NCBI GenBank assembly: GCA_013239625.1
Contig: MU053379.1
Span: 2,090,866 to 2,154,865 of the forward strand
Source: Lama guanicoe
Taxonomy: Eukaryota
Reading direction: 5' to 3'
DNA: 64,000 nt
Part shown: positions 50,521 through 62,539 of the stretch, piece after piece
How positions within the stretch are numbered: position 1 is the stretch's first letter
Layout of the letters: each line of letters begins with the position of its first letter
Notes under the pieces: generated by a model
Told to the model about the DNA's origin: nothing
Seen by the model: the letters and a program-made list of their open reading frames with translations, nothing else
Database searches by the model: none
Made by a program: the position numbers and the translations under genes

Positions 50521-51852
50521 TAGCAAGTGCCCGACCACCCAGTCCTCGAGCCCACTGTCCGTCCTGAGACAGCTGGCCTGGATCTGCCCACTGACGCTGG
50601 GGCCACCCACACAGTAGGCCCTTGACCTAGGAACGGCGTTTCTGTGTTCAAATCACCCCTGGTTCCAGGAAGCGTCTGATTATCCAGGGACATTAGAAGA
50701 CCTAGGAGCCACTGAGGCATTTTGACCAACCAGCGTTTGGCCACATCCGTAAGGATGTCAGCCCCCCTCCAGCGTCGCCGTGCTCCTGGAGACATTTCCA
50801 GCCGAGAGCCCGAGCTGGGTTCTGTCCAAGGTGCTGCTTGTTCAGCTGCGGCTCCCCCAGCACCTCTGCGAGGACTGGGAGGAAGGAAAGCCGGTGCGGT
50901 GTGCGAGCGTCCTCTGGGTGCCCGGCCGGTGCCCCGGCCCGCATCCCTAGGGCCCCTCTGATTTCCCAGAGGTGCTGGGACAGAAGCCACCGGGACTGTG
51001 GCAGCCCTACGTCCAGGCCCCCCTCCCAGTGCCCTCACTACCAGCAGCGAGGAACAGAAGCAGCCCCGTCTCTAAGGCCCAGGACCCCGACGTCCAGTGG
51101 GGCTGACTTCGTCCCTGAGGCTGTTTCTCCTCACCCTGGACGCCATCCATGACGTTTGTTTCAGGCAGACCTGGGAGGGCAGACGATGGTGAAATCTGCG
51201 CTGTTCAAACCAAACCTGACCGTGGGAGGGCAGTCCGGGGTCCCCTCCGAGGTCCAGAGCCAGGGGCTGTGCTGGGGGAGGTCTGCCATCCAGGGTCTGC
51301 ATCCAGACCACCCGCTTGCCCATAGACTCTCACCAACCCCGGCCCCGTGCACGTTCTGCTGTGTCCCAGCAACAAATGCAACAGGAGAGATTTGATGAAA
51401 AAAAGCGCTGGTGCGCCAGCAGGCCTGTTCGTGCCCGGTTCAGCCGAGGCTGCCGGTTACATAACCGCGGGGTAATGAAGGCAGGGGAGCTCCGAGGGGC
51501 CGTGGCACTTTTCTTTTTGATCTGCAACTTCCAAGCCAGATCCCAGGGAGTTTTCAAACTCCCCTCATTCTATTTTAAATGATCTCGTTTCGGGTGGGTA
51601 TTTTTTTTCCAGCCTCACTTTGACTTGGCGTCTTCTCCTCGCGTTTGTACTGAGCACCCTGCTTGATCCTTGCAGGGCAGGAGGGCCAGCCTGTCTTAGG
51701 ACGCACTGCCTGCTAGCGGTGGGCAAGACTGGGAAGGGGGCCCCGGTGGAGGCCCCCCAGAAGTGCTCTCCCACTCGCCAGCCCCGGGAGTGGGGTGGAC
51801 GGCAGTGTCCACCACGGGCAGGCTGCCTCGATCCAGATTCCAGCGTCACCAC

Positions 51853-52233
51853 TGCATCCGTTTGCCGGGGCTGCCATGACAGTACCGCAGCCTGGGGGCC
51901 TGAGCAGCTGGCATGGATTTTCTCACACTTCTGGAGGCTGGAAGGCCAGGGTCAAGGTGTCAGCAGAGCTGGCTTCTTCAAGGCCTCCTCCTGGGCTTGC
52001 AGACAGCCTCTGTCATCTCACCGTGTCTTCACATGGTCTTCCCGCCGTGCGAGTCTGTGTCCTAGTGTCTCTCATGCAGGCACCAGTCATGTTGGATGAG
52101 GGCCCATCCATGTGACCTCAGTTTGCCACGATCACCTCTTCAAAGGCCCCACCTGCAAACGCAGGCGCATGCTGAGGTCCTGGGGCTTAGAGCTAAAACA
52201 CGTGCACTGGGGTTCACAAGTCAGCGGGTGACA
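51853..52233 (-). mobile_element. MLT1 (MLT1A/B-like) MaLR solo LTR
   Basis: gggctgccatgaca...ttctcacacttctggaggctggaaggccagggtcaaggtgtcagcag...tgtcttcacatgg. Confidence 0.85.
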
Positions 52234-52269
52234 GCAGTGAAGTAACCAGGGGGATCGTAAGCAAGTACT

Positions 52270-52410
52270 TTTTATGCTTCTTGTGCCTTTGTTTCTTCAT
52301 CTGAAAAACGGACACAGCGATAATGCCAGCCTCATAAAGTGCTGTGAGGATTAGGTGAGCCAATCCCTCGCGAGCTGAGCATGAACGAGAACAGTGTCAG
52401 GCACTGTTAT
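52270..52410 (+). mobile_element. MIR fragment
   Basis: gtgcctttgtttcttcatctgaaaaacgg...cctcataaagtgctgtgaggattaggtgag. Confidence 0.7.
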
Positions 52411-54770
52411 CTCACGGGGAGCAGAGCTGATTCTCAAGGCACAGCCTTTTTGCTCTCATGATCCACTGGGACGAGACATGCCTGACTCTGTCCTCAGATT
52501 TGGGAAGGATCTATGGTCAGTTATTTTTACTGGTTGAGAGTGCTGGGGGGTTCCAGTGCCCACCAACCAAAATGTAAAGCCATAGCAGGGGGGCCACCAG
52601 GCAGGCCAGAGCCCCCGGCCACCCCCCAGCAGTGCTGCCGGCAGCCACACGTCTCCTCCACGCACGCCACCCACACCTGCCTAGCGGCGGTGGCTTAACA
52701 CATCCCTTTGCTTTCCTCCCCGAAACAGAGTCGAGTTAGCCTTGACTGTGGGCTGGCTAGCACGTCCCTTCCCAAAGACAGTGCGTGGAAGTGACTCTGT
52801 GCGGCTTCCCAGGCTGGGTCACAAAAGGCAGAGGCTTCTCCCTGGCTCTCTGTGTCTTGGGATGTGGATCTTTGTTGCCCTGAGCCACTGTGAGCAAAAC
52901 CAGCTACCCTGGCACCCTGGTTAGAGACGACCCAAGGATGGAGGGCGATGCTCAAGGAGTGCCAGGTTTCCTCCCCCCGCTGTTTGAATGTGTCCAGCCC
53001 AGAAGCCAGACACGAGAATAAACAACCCTATTTTGTATGATTCCAGTCCCCCATCCTCAAACCACCCCAACCAAGTCCCACTAGAGCGGAGAAGAGCTGT
53101 CACCGTGGACCCACGGGGTCTGTGAGCGTGGGAATGGCTGGTTTATGCCACCATGGTTTGGGGTTATTTTATTATGCAACTGACATGGCAGGAGCTCAAA
53201 TCCAGATGCTCTGGGCAGGCTGTGTGGGACGCTTCTCCTGCCGCAGCCCCTCCCTTGGAGGTGGCTCCAACCTGTGGCTGTTGGTGTTTGCTGAGGTCAT
53301 TGAAAACTGGCAGAAGGAACTTTGGTTTCTTGACCAGTGACAGTGGATGGTCCTAAAAGACCAGTATAACCAGACCAGCCTAAAAGCCCTGGCTATAGCT
53401 TGTCACGTGAGTGATCAGTTATGGCTGCCAATTAAATTATATCAGGGGGAAATCTTAACTGGTGCGAGGGTTGGTCATGAAAGAAGAGGCAGAGGTGGGG
53501 GGTGCCTATGATTTGGGGACACTTTATTCTGCAGGAAAAAAAAAATCACTTAAGACCCACCAGAAGATCACCAAATCCCTCCCCTTCTCCCCAAAAGGCC
53601 TTCCTTTGCATTTTCAGAGGAACTAGACCATTTTTTTTCCTTTTTTCCTGACTCACTCTGTAGTCCCCAGCCTTAACGCAGAAACTGGGACTTCCAGCGA
53701 GATCTGCGTAGTCGGAGGGTCTCCCAGCACATCCAGGCTGTCATCCCGCAAAGCCGCCCCGCGTCACCTTCACTGGTTAAGCAGATCTTTTTTATCATCA
53801 GGGCAGCTTCCAGCCTGTTAGAAATAAGACTAAATGGTGATTCCTTTCCCTGTGGGACAAAAGAGATGATGGCTTGGGGAGCCTTAAGAGTCTCCGTGCT
53901 GGCCGTCTTCTTGTGGGGGAGGCGGGCTTGAAGACATCTCAGGTTCAAAGCATCTCAGGTTCAATGCTCTTGAAAACCAGGACATTCTGCGAGGCTCTGT
54001 GATGGGAAACCTTACAGATGGTGAGAGATCAGGCTTTCTGGAGAGAAAGAGCCGGGAAGAGTAAGGACTGTCATCGCTGAAACTTCAGCTGTTTGGCATT
54101 AAAGCTTGAAAACAGGCAGGGGTTCGCCTGGGGGGCAGACAGCTGCAGGGGCCACAGCAGCTGTCGTTGGATGTCACCCGGACCCCCGGCACACTGATGG
54201 GGAAAGCAGGTGAGACCCTGCCCGCTGGCACGTTACTGGGTCTGCTGCCTGGTTTTGGCAGAGCAGCCGGGTGGGTAATTGATTCATCCCTTTCCTGAGA
54301 AATGAGACATGAGCTTCTGTCCTGGGTGAGAGATGAGAGGGGAGAGCGGGTGTGTGTCCAGCTGGAGGAAGCGGCAGCTCTGGCCTCGTCTGGAGTCTGC
54401 GTTGCAAAGACGGAGAGAGAACATTGGGCTTCCCGGCTCTCATCACAGAGCAAATGTTGGCAAAGCCCGAGCGCGTTTTTCCAGGAGCCTGCCTCAGTGT
54501 CCTGCGGAGTGAGAGCAGACCCGCTCTGGAAAGGCCTCTCACCCGAAAAGTATAACTTCTGGAGATGCCAGTCTCTTTTCTGGTTTGCGTTTGACTTGAA
54601 AGATGCCCTTCAGATGTTCTGTGCTCTTTGTTCCGTGGCCCATTAAGAGTTCACTTTCCAGAGTCTGTGCCCTCACAGTCTGCGGGTGATAAAGGAAGGC
54701 AAATAATACATTTTCTAACAACCCCCCCCCAAAAATTCCACCAAACTTCCTATTCTTAAGAATCCCTCTT

Positions 54771-55246
54771 TAAAAAAAATGATTGACATGTAGTTGACTT
54801 ACAATGTTAGTTTCAGTGTACAGCAAAACAATTCAGTTATACGTAGACATGCATGTGTATTTTGTCTTTTCAGATTCTTTTCCATTATATGTTATTGCAG
54901 GAAATTGAATCTAGCTCCCTGTGCTCTACAGTCAGACCCTGTTGTTTACCCATTTTATGTACAGCAATGTGTGTCAATCCCCTACCTCTAATTAATCCCT
55001 CCCCACCCTTTCCCCTTTGGTAACTACAGTTTGTTTTCTATGTCTGTGAGTCTGTTTTTGGTTTATAAATGGAATTTGTATCATTTTTTTAGATTCCACA
55101 TATAAGTGATATCAAATGACATTTGTCTTTGTCTGACTTACTTCACTCAGTATGATGATCTCTAGGTCCATCCATGTTGCTACAAATGGCATTATTTCAT
55201 TCTTTTTTATGGCTGAGTAATATTCCATTGTATATATACCACATCT
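54771..55246 (-). mobile_element. Truncated L1 (3' UTR and ORF2 end) with perfect 15-bp TSD
   Basis: ttaagaatccctctt occurs at 54756-54770 and 55247-55261. Internal tagattccacatataagtgatatc...ctctaggtccatccatgttgct. Confidence 0.95.
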
Positions 55247-55683
55247 TTAAGAATCCCTCTTAGTTGACACCTGCTCGTTTGTGCCTTCCTGGGTCCTGGC
55301 AGCAACCATGCAAGGATGCTTGAATGAATTTCCAGAGCTTGACGCTGCCAGAACTATAAATTCAATATAGGTCCATTTTCTCCCACGTGCCTTTGCTCCT
55401 TGAAGAGTCAGCCCCACGCCCCCGCCCCCCACAAGGTGCCCTGTGCCCTCGGACCTCACGTCCTCAGGCCATGTTTGTGGATGGAGGCTTTGTTTGCTTT
55501 GTTTTTTTAACTGGGGCTACTTAACGTTGCTCATCACATGAAGAATCAGATCCTGATCTTCTTTCTCAGAGTGTGTTGGTCCTGGTTTCTTCAGGAATAA
55601 TATCTAACTCCCAAGCGTGACGTGAAGTGTTCCTTTTTATAAGACTCACCTCCCAAAGTCCCAAAGGTTTGCTTACTTCTAAA

Positions 55684-55848
55684 CCAGCATTTCTCAAATT
55701 TTCATATTCACGTGGATCACTGGGGATGACATCAACATGTAGCATCTGATTGAGAAGACCTGGGTGGGGCAGGAGGTTCTGCATTTCCGGCCAGCTCCTG
55801 GGTGATGCTGCGGCCACAGTTCCCCAGACCACACTCAAGAGCCAGGCT
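55684..55848. mobile_element. MER5-type hAT-Charlie element
   Basis: cagcatttctcaaatt...ctgggtggggc...ttctgcatttcc...gctcctgggtgatgctg...accacactc. Confidence 0.75.
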
Positions 55849-56607
55849 GTAGGGCATTTCCGGTCTTCTGCTCCTTCCATGTTGCCCAGAACCCCCTGCT
55901 CCACCCCACTTCCTCCAGAAGCCATCCTGACCACGAGTCGGCTCCAGCCAGATCATCGCCATGAGGCACGAAGCCCAGAAAGGCCAGATCTCCCGGCTGC
56001 AGGTGCAGACCTGCCACCCCCGTCAGAGGCCCAGCATCTGCGGGGCCCTTCCTTGTGCCGGCACCAGGGAAGACGCAGGGAGGGCTCGGGAGCTCCTGCA
56101 GGATCCCTGCTCTGCACGTGCAAAGTCCAGGCCACGGGGAAAGCACCGGATGACAAGGCAGGAAGGGTTCAGGACTGCGCTGGCCAGAGCCACCGGCCTT
56201 CAGGGAACTGAGAAGCACGGCTGGAGCTTAATACAGGCTGGGGAGCTGGAGCCGGAAGTCGAGAGGCTGCATCGAGCAGGAGGCGAGATGGCACCAGACT
56301 CAGACTCAGCGGAGGGCTGCCCTGGGGCCTAAAGAGGCCAGCCTGCTGATGGCTGAAAGCCGATGCAGGTTTCGGAGAGTACAAAAGGGAGAAACTGAGG
56401 CAGCAAGCCTGGGTGAGTTCTGGAGTCTGTGAGTGAGCTGGTACCAGGTTTAAAGAGAGTCTCTGCTTGTCAGCAAACCACAGCCACAGTTCACACCCCT
56501 CGAGGAAGGGTTTCTGATCAGAAAGAGCTGGAAAAGAAAAATCAGTTGGAAGGAGTGTGGTCCAGAACGTTCTCGCTCTCATTCTCAAAGTCTGTGCAGA
56601 CTTCCTT

Positions 56608-56760
56608 TAGTTTTTAGCACCTTTATTGTGGTCTGGTTCCTGGACGATAAACCACACATATTTCAGCTGTACACCTTGATGAATTTTGATAGATGTAGAC
56701 GCCCATGAAACCACCAGCACAATCAAGATAGCTAGCATTTCCATCCCCCCCAAGGTGCAG
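56608..56760 (-). mobile_element. Old L1MB-type 3' end fragment
   Basis: ctttattgtgg...gatgaattttga...cccatgaaaccaccagcacaatcaagata...catttccatccccc. Confidence 0.75.
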
Positions 56761-57280
56761 ACTTCTGACAAGGACACGCGCTTTGGGCTGAAGTTGGGCG
56801 TAGAGTCCCTGAAAGCAGGGGCCACATTCCAAAGACGCTGCGCTGTGTTCCAGCCCTTGAGCAGGAGCATGAGTTCCGAGGAGTTCAGTTGTGAGCGCCT
56901 TTTGCTTTGCGGTGGCTGGGGTTAGGGGGTGGTTTCCTTTGGTTTTTAAACAAGAGATGCTAACAGATGCCGGGACTTGAGCTCTGAGTCTGGAATCGAA
57001 CAAGAAAGGGGCTCCTCTTAGCTGCTGCTGTGGGCACTGTGCTCTGGGGACCTTGCCCCGGAGGCGTGAAAAACCTCAGGCCCATTCTGCTTCTGTCCAT
57101 TTTATTTCTGGAAGTGGCGACTCTCCTGCCCTAAGAGCCTTTCTCAAAATGCGTGGTTCTCAGCACAAGGCATTTAACCCTTTTAGCCTCCTGTGCTGAC
57201 GCCAGGCCCGGCGTGCCAGCTCGGAGGCAGCAAGCCCGTGGCTGTCTTTGCTGGGGCTGAGCCTCTCAATAGGCTTCGAT

Positions 57281-57351
57281 GTTTTTCTTTAACTGAAGTA
57301 CAGTCAGTTACAATGTGTCAGTTTCTGGTTACAGCACAATGTCCCTGTCAT
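57281..57351 (-). mobile_element. Ultra-short L1 3' tail with 11-bp TSD
   Basis: tttaactgaagtacagtcagttacaatgtgtcagtttctggttacagcacaatgtccctgtca. TSD taggcttcgat / tagacttcgat. Confidence 0.85.
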
Positions 57352-57409
57352 TAGACTTCGATTTCTAATGAGTAATATTTAGTAAAGGTTCACAACGTAC
57401 TGGGGTGGG

Positions 57410-57620
57410 TCAGCCCACTGCTTTCTAGAATTGTATGGTCCCTTACAGCAGCCTCTAGGCACCTTTAAAGTTTAATTTAATTTAAATTTAAAATTCAGTT
57501 CCTCAGCCACGCCAGTGACATTTCAGGGGCTTGGTGACCACATGTGGTAACAGCCGCCATGTTGGACAGCAAGTCACAGACCCTTTCCGTCCTGACCAGA
57601 AGCTCTGTTGCTCAGCCTCT
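57410..57620. mobile_element. MER3/MER33-like hAT element
   Basis: aaattcagttcctcagccacgccagtgacatttcaggggcttggtgaccacatgtgg...catgttggacagc. Confidence 0.7.
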
Positions 57621-58514
57621 CTACAACTGAAGTGCCTCACATTGTCTTCATACCCAGTGGTGGAGGGAAGACGGGCCTGTCAGGATGGGAGGCGAACATC
57701 TGGGGAAGAAGAGCAAGGATGTGCCTGAGAAGAGAGACCCCGGCTGGATCACCCCAGGTGGGCTGAGGTGCCTACCAAGTGCGACACCTGCTGGCCAGCC
57801 AGACACATCCCTGTATCTCAGGAGGAAGATAGCGAGTTGAAGGGTTCACTTAATTCCCCACAAAAGCCCCCTTTTCTGAACTAACCTGACAACCCTTTCT
57901 CTTGTCAGGAGGCAGGACACTGACTTCCCTCGAAAAAGGCAAGGCCTCAAGAAGTCTTTTCAAGTCTCACCTCCTGGTATTTTCCTTACTTGCTTTGCCG
58001 TCGTGCCTCCAGCTCTTGTTTTGAGGCCTCTTCTTGTTCTGCCCAGTCCCTTCTCTCTGGTGCTTTGGTAAGACTCTGCTCAGTTCGACCTTGCCTTGGC
58101 CTCTGAAGATCCTTTTTCTAAAGTCACGCAGTGACTGCTGTGCAGGCAGTAAGCCCAGAACCCTGCAACCCAGGCCTAGAATAGTGCGGAGACCCTCCCT
58201 TGTCCAGGAAGGAGGCTCAGATATATTGGCTGTGTGTGTGAGTCACTTACTGCTGTGTAACAAGCAGCCCCTAAATCTCAGCGTACGCAACAGTAAGCAT
58301 TGATTTCTCCCATGTCTGCTCATCCTGGGGCCACGACTGACACAGCAGCAGCTACTCAGAAGAAGCTCTTCTCACGTTCTCATGGTGATGGACAGGCAGA
58401 CAGTAGGGCAGGAAGAATATACTAGAACTGGTGACCCGTCACTTCTGCTCTCATTCCAGTGTCCAAGGAAAGTCACATCTCCAAGCCCAGATGGCTTGGA
58501 AAGTCCATTCTACC

Positions 58515-59001
58515 TTTTTTCTTTTTCTTTTTATTTATTTATTTATCTATTTATTTATTTATTTATTCATTTTTGCTGAAGTGTAGTCAGTTTACAACAC
58601 TGTGTCAATTTCTGGTGTACAGCATAATGTTTCAGTCTCACAAACACATACATATATTTGTTTCATATTCTTTTCCATTATAGGTTACTGCAAGGTATTG
58701 AATATAGTTCCCTGTGCTCTACAGGAGGTTCTTGTTGTTTATCTGTTTTATATATAGTAGTCTGTATCTGCTAATCCCAAACTCTGAATTTTCCCTCCCT
58801 TCCCTTTCCCCCTGGTAACTATAAATTTGCTATGTCTGTGAATCTGAGTCTGTTTCTGTTTCTGTTTTGTAAATAAATTTATCTGTTTTTAGTCCGTGGT
58901 ATTTTTCTTTCTCTTTCTGGCTACCTTCACTTAGAATGATGATCTCCAGGTCCATCCATGTTGCTGCAAATGGCATTATTTTATTCTTTTTTATGGCTGA
59001 G
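58515..59001 (-). mobile_element. Truncated L1 3' end with (TTTA)n tail, inserted into an MLT1-like LTR
   Basis: tttatttatt...gctgaagtgtagtcagtttacaacactgtgtcaatttctggtgtacagc...ggtccatccatgttgctgcaaatggc. The flanking tgctgtgtaacaa...ctaaatctcag sequence is MLT1-like. Confidence 0.9.
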
Positions 59002-59179
59002 CCCGCTCAGCCTTTTATAGGAAGAATTACAAAGTTATGGGGAATAGGGTTGTGACTCCAGAGCAAAGAATCAGGGCCAATAGTTCAGTCCAAGACACTA
59101 TACTAGACCCTGTATCCAGATCTTGAAAAGAGGAGTTGAGCTCAAACCCAGCAAACCCTGACTCAGCAGGTGAGTTCCA

Positions 59180-59540
59180 GTTAGTATCAGCTATCTGTTG
59201 CTGTGTAACAAACTGTACATGAAGTTAGTGGCTTAAAGCAACCACCGCTTTGTATGGTTTATAATTCTGTGGCTCAGCAGGTAGGGCTCAGCCCAGTGAG
59301 ATGATCTGGTCTGCGCTGCTGTTGGCTGGGCTTGTTTCATGTCTCAGACCTTACGTTCTCCAGCAGGCTAGCCCCAGCTCCTCACGGACAGCCAACTCAC
59401 GGCCTCGGAGACCTAGGCTAGGAACTGGCGCCCAGCACTGCTGCTGCATCCGATGGCCACGAGCCAGTCAGCCCAGATTCAGGGGACAGAGGAGGGAACA
59501 GATTGTACCCCTTGATAGGAAGGAGCATCAGATAATCTTT
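59180..59540 (-). mobile_element. MLT1H/I-like MaLR LTR
   Basis: tatcagctatctgttgctgtgtaacaaact...agtggcttaaagcaacc...gcccagattcagggg. Confidence 0.7.
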
Positions 59541-59741
59541 TTGTAATTTATTAGATAGATCCAGGATATATATTCCACAATTGGAAATAAAAATACAAAG
59601 CTTGGTCCCAATCCAAAACCTACCATGTAGGGGCAGCCAGAGGCGTGAGAAGCACAAGTGCAGGTGGAACTCAGAGGAGGGTGTGTCCCGTCCCTCAGTG
59701 CCCCCTGCAGTGGGCATCCCAGCCTGCCCTGTCTTACTTGC

Positions 59742-59816
59742 TGTACAACTGAATCACTGTGCTGTACCCCAGAACTAACCCCACATGGTAAATCAACTCT
59801 ACTTCAATTAAAAAAA
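59742..59816 (+). mobile_element. Ultra-short L1 3' tail
   Basis: aactgaatcactgtgctgtaccccagaactaac...gtaaatcaactctacttcaattaaaaaaa. Confidence 0.8.
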
Positions 59817-61150
59817 CAAGAATATTGACATTATATAATATACTGCAATAGCAGCTGGTCATCATTAATCCAGCATCTCACCCACAATTCATGGGGTCTG
59901 ATCCAGGATGATCCCCTAAATGTCCGTCCCCAGCCAGTCCACCTGTCGGGTCTTTTCTAAGGGGTGGGGTTGCAGCTGCTCATAACAGCTGGCAGCAAAC
60001 AACAGCTGTAACAATAACGCTAAACCACAAGTGTTACACTTTCATTTTTTTCTGGGAGCCAAAGTGACTCCAAGCATACATTGTGTCATTTCTCCCTGCG
60101 GGAGTATATTTAGCCAGGAACAGTTGGCCACAAGTGAATGCAAGTAGTAACTCCTTAAAATGCAGATCTTTTCCACGGAGCCCCAGTTTCCAATTTCATC
60201 CCAGCAAGGGTTTCAAGGCGGCACTCTCCTACTTCAGATGTTCGTAATCTCTTCATGTGGTTCAGATTTCCTTCGGACTGCCGTTCCTCCGTGTTTGCTG
60301 GACTCTGTTTTCCTTCCCGTTTACCTGTGGGAATAGCGTGTTCGTTTTCCATCACTTGGATCCACCATAGCTTTGTAGGGTCTTGGTGAATTTGTTTTAG
60401 TGACAATGACTATTTTTAATAGTCCTTGGATTTATAAAATATTTCAACTTCATAATAGTCACTTAGTCCAATAAACATCCAGCAGAATTCAGAATGAAAG
60501 GAAAATTAACGTTTTCTCGCGTGCCAACTACATCCAAGCTTCACAGGAAGACTTGACATAATCCTGTTCATCCTCATGTCAGTCCTAAGGGAGGAGGAGA
60601 GTTATTTCTGTACTTCAGCTGAGAAAACTGAGACTTGGCACAGTGAAGCACCTTGCCTAGTTCTAGGCTGAGAGTGAAGAAGAGCAAGCATATTGTTTAT
60701 GTCACGTTGCCTGATGACAAAGCTATGACATAAGTCACATATAGAGTAAGTCAGGAATTCCAATATTGTTCTTAAAACCATCCATTTTTGTACTTTGTTC
60801 ATAATAGGTGAGCAAAACATGGCTGTTCAGTTGAACAGAATTAAATCCATCCCTAGGGGAGCAGAGCAACTCCTGTCCAGAGTAAGTGCTTGCTTGCTCA
60901 TGTCCTCCTGGGCTCTGGTTGGGTCCTTCCCAGGGAAGCTGGGGAGACATGAAGCGTGAGTCGTTAGTGCATCCTTGTGAGCTGTTACTCCTCAGTGCCC
61001 GCACTCTGTAGACTTTACAGCAAACCTGAAAACATTGCATAAAACTACTCTGGGAGTCTTGCTCCCCTAGCCCCATATGTCTTCTAACCACTAGGCATCA
61101 ACAGTAAGAATAAACCATGTTGATGTAGGGGGGAATAATTAGTTTTCATG

Positions 61151-61676
61151 AAACTTTAATTCGAAAAGATACACGCACCCCAAATGTTCATAGCAGCACT
61201 GTTTACAATAGCCAAGACATGGAAACACCTAAATGTCCATCAACAGATGACTGGATAAAGAAGATGTGGTACATGTATAATGAAATACTACTCAGCCATA
61301 AAAAAGAATGAAATAATGCCATTTGCAGCCACATAGATGGACCTAGAGATCATCATGCTAAATGAAGTCAGTCAGACAAGAAAGACAAATATGATATATC
61401 ACTTATATGTGGAGTCTAAAAAAAGATACAAATTTTATTTACAAACCAGAAATAGACTCATGGACATAGAAAACAAACTATGGTTACCAAAGGGGAGAGG
61501 GAGGGAAGGGATAAATCTAGGAGTTTGGGATTAGCAGATACACACTACTACATATAGAATAGATAACCAGCAAGGTCCCACGGTACAGGAATATAATTAG
61601 GGAAGTATGTTCAATTTCTTGTAATAAGCTACAATAGAAAAGAATCTGAAAGTATATGTATGTACATGTGTATGTA
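61151..61676 (+). mobile_element. Truncated L1 (ORF2 end and 3' UTR) lacking its terminal tail
   Basis: aaaagatacacgcaccccaaatgttcatagcagcac. Peptide MDLEIIMLNEVSQ. Confidence 0.92.
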
Positions 61677-61916
61677 AAAAAAGTTCTGTTTTCCATACTG
61701 TAGTCTACGGTGCGCAAGCCTTAAGTCTAAAAAAACAACGTACACACCTTAATTTAAAAACAGTGCTGTTGGAAAAATGGCGCTGATAGATTTACTCAAC
61801 ACAAGGTTGCTACAAACTTTCCATTTGTTAAAAAAAACAAGCAAACAAACAAACAAAAAACCCACAATACCTGCGAAGCAGAATAAAGCAAAGAGCAATA
61901 AGACAATGTCTGCCTG
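61677..61916 (-). mobile_element. Tigger1-derived fragment with one terminal inverted repeat (TIR)
   Basis: tgctgttggaaaaatggcgctgataga...ggttgctacaaactttccatttgt...aataaagc...tgcctg, the reverse complement of the 48183 element's 5' end. Confidence 0.82.
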
Positions 61917-62019
61917 CACCGAGCCTCAGCACCCGTAGGGCTAACGTGAGGCACCGAGCCTCAGCACCCGTAGGGCTAACGTGAGGCACCGAGCCTCAGC
62001 ACCCATAGGGTTAATGTGA
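61916..62019. repeat. 35-bp minisatellite, 3 copies
   Basis: gcaccgagcctcagcacccgtagggctaacgtgag at 61916 and 61951, with a variant at 61986. Confidence 0.95.
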
Positions 62020-62539
62020 TTTTTGACCACTCTGCTTCTAGAAATCTCAAGGCTACTTACACACCGTCTATGGACTAAAGGCATCCTGACTCTAGTGTTC
62101 ACTAGGCAGGCGGGCCGAGGAGCCAGCGAAAGGCATGGGACGAAGACTATTAAACAAATGTCCTTGGGGGGGAGGCTTATGCCAAGTTAAAGGCACCACC
62201 AGCTGTGAGGCGCGGGGAGGAGGAGACTGAGTAGCTCCTGCCCAGCAGCCTTTCACCTGTCCCGCCACGCGGCGGAGGGAGCCCCGCGGTGCCTTCCCTG
62301 GAGGAGAGTCTGCAGCTGTGTGACTTGTGAGACGTTTAATTGTCATGTGTGCTGAACACGCATAATCACTGGGTAGTGGTGAGTGGCAGGCTCTCTCAAG
62401 GAGACATGTCCAGCACAGGCAGAAGCCAATCTGAAGCAACTTGAAAGGAGATTTTAATCAGCTGCCAAGTTGAGCAGATAAGGAAGTAGCAACAAAAGTG
62501 AGGAATGCTCGCATCACTGAGGAGGAGAGAGAGAGTCTG

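Noticed and set aside
61916..62019. CRISPR-like array
   Set aside because: The repeats are head-to-tail with no unique spacers, in a mammalian intron.
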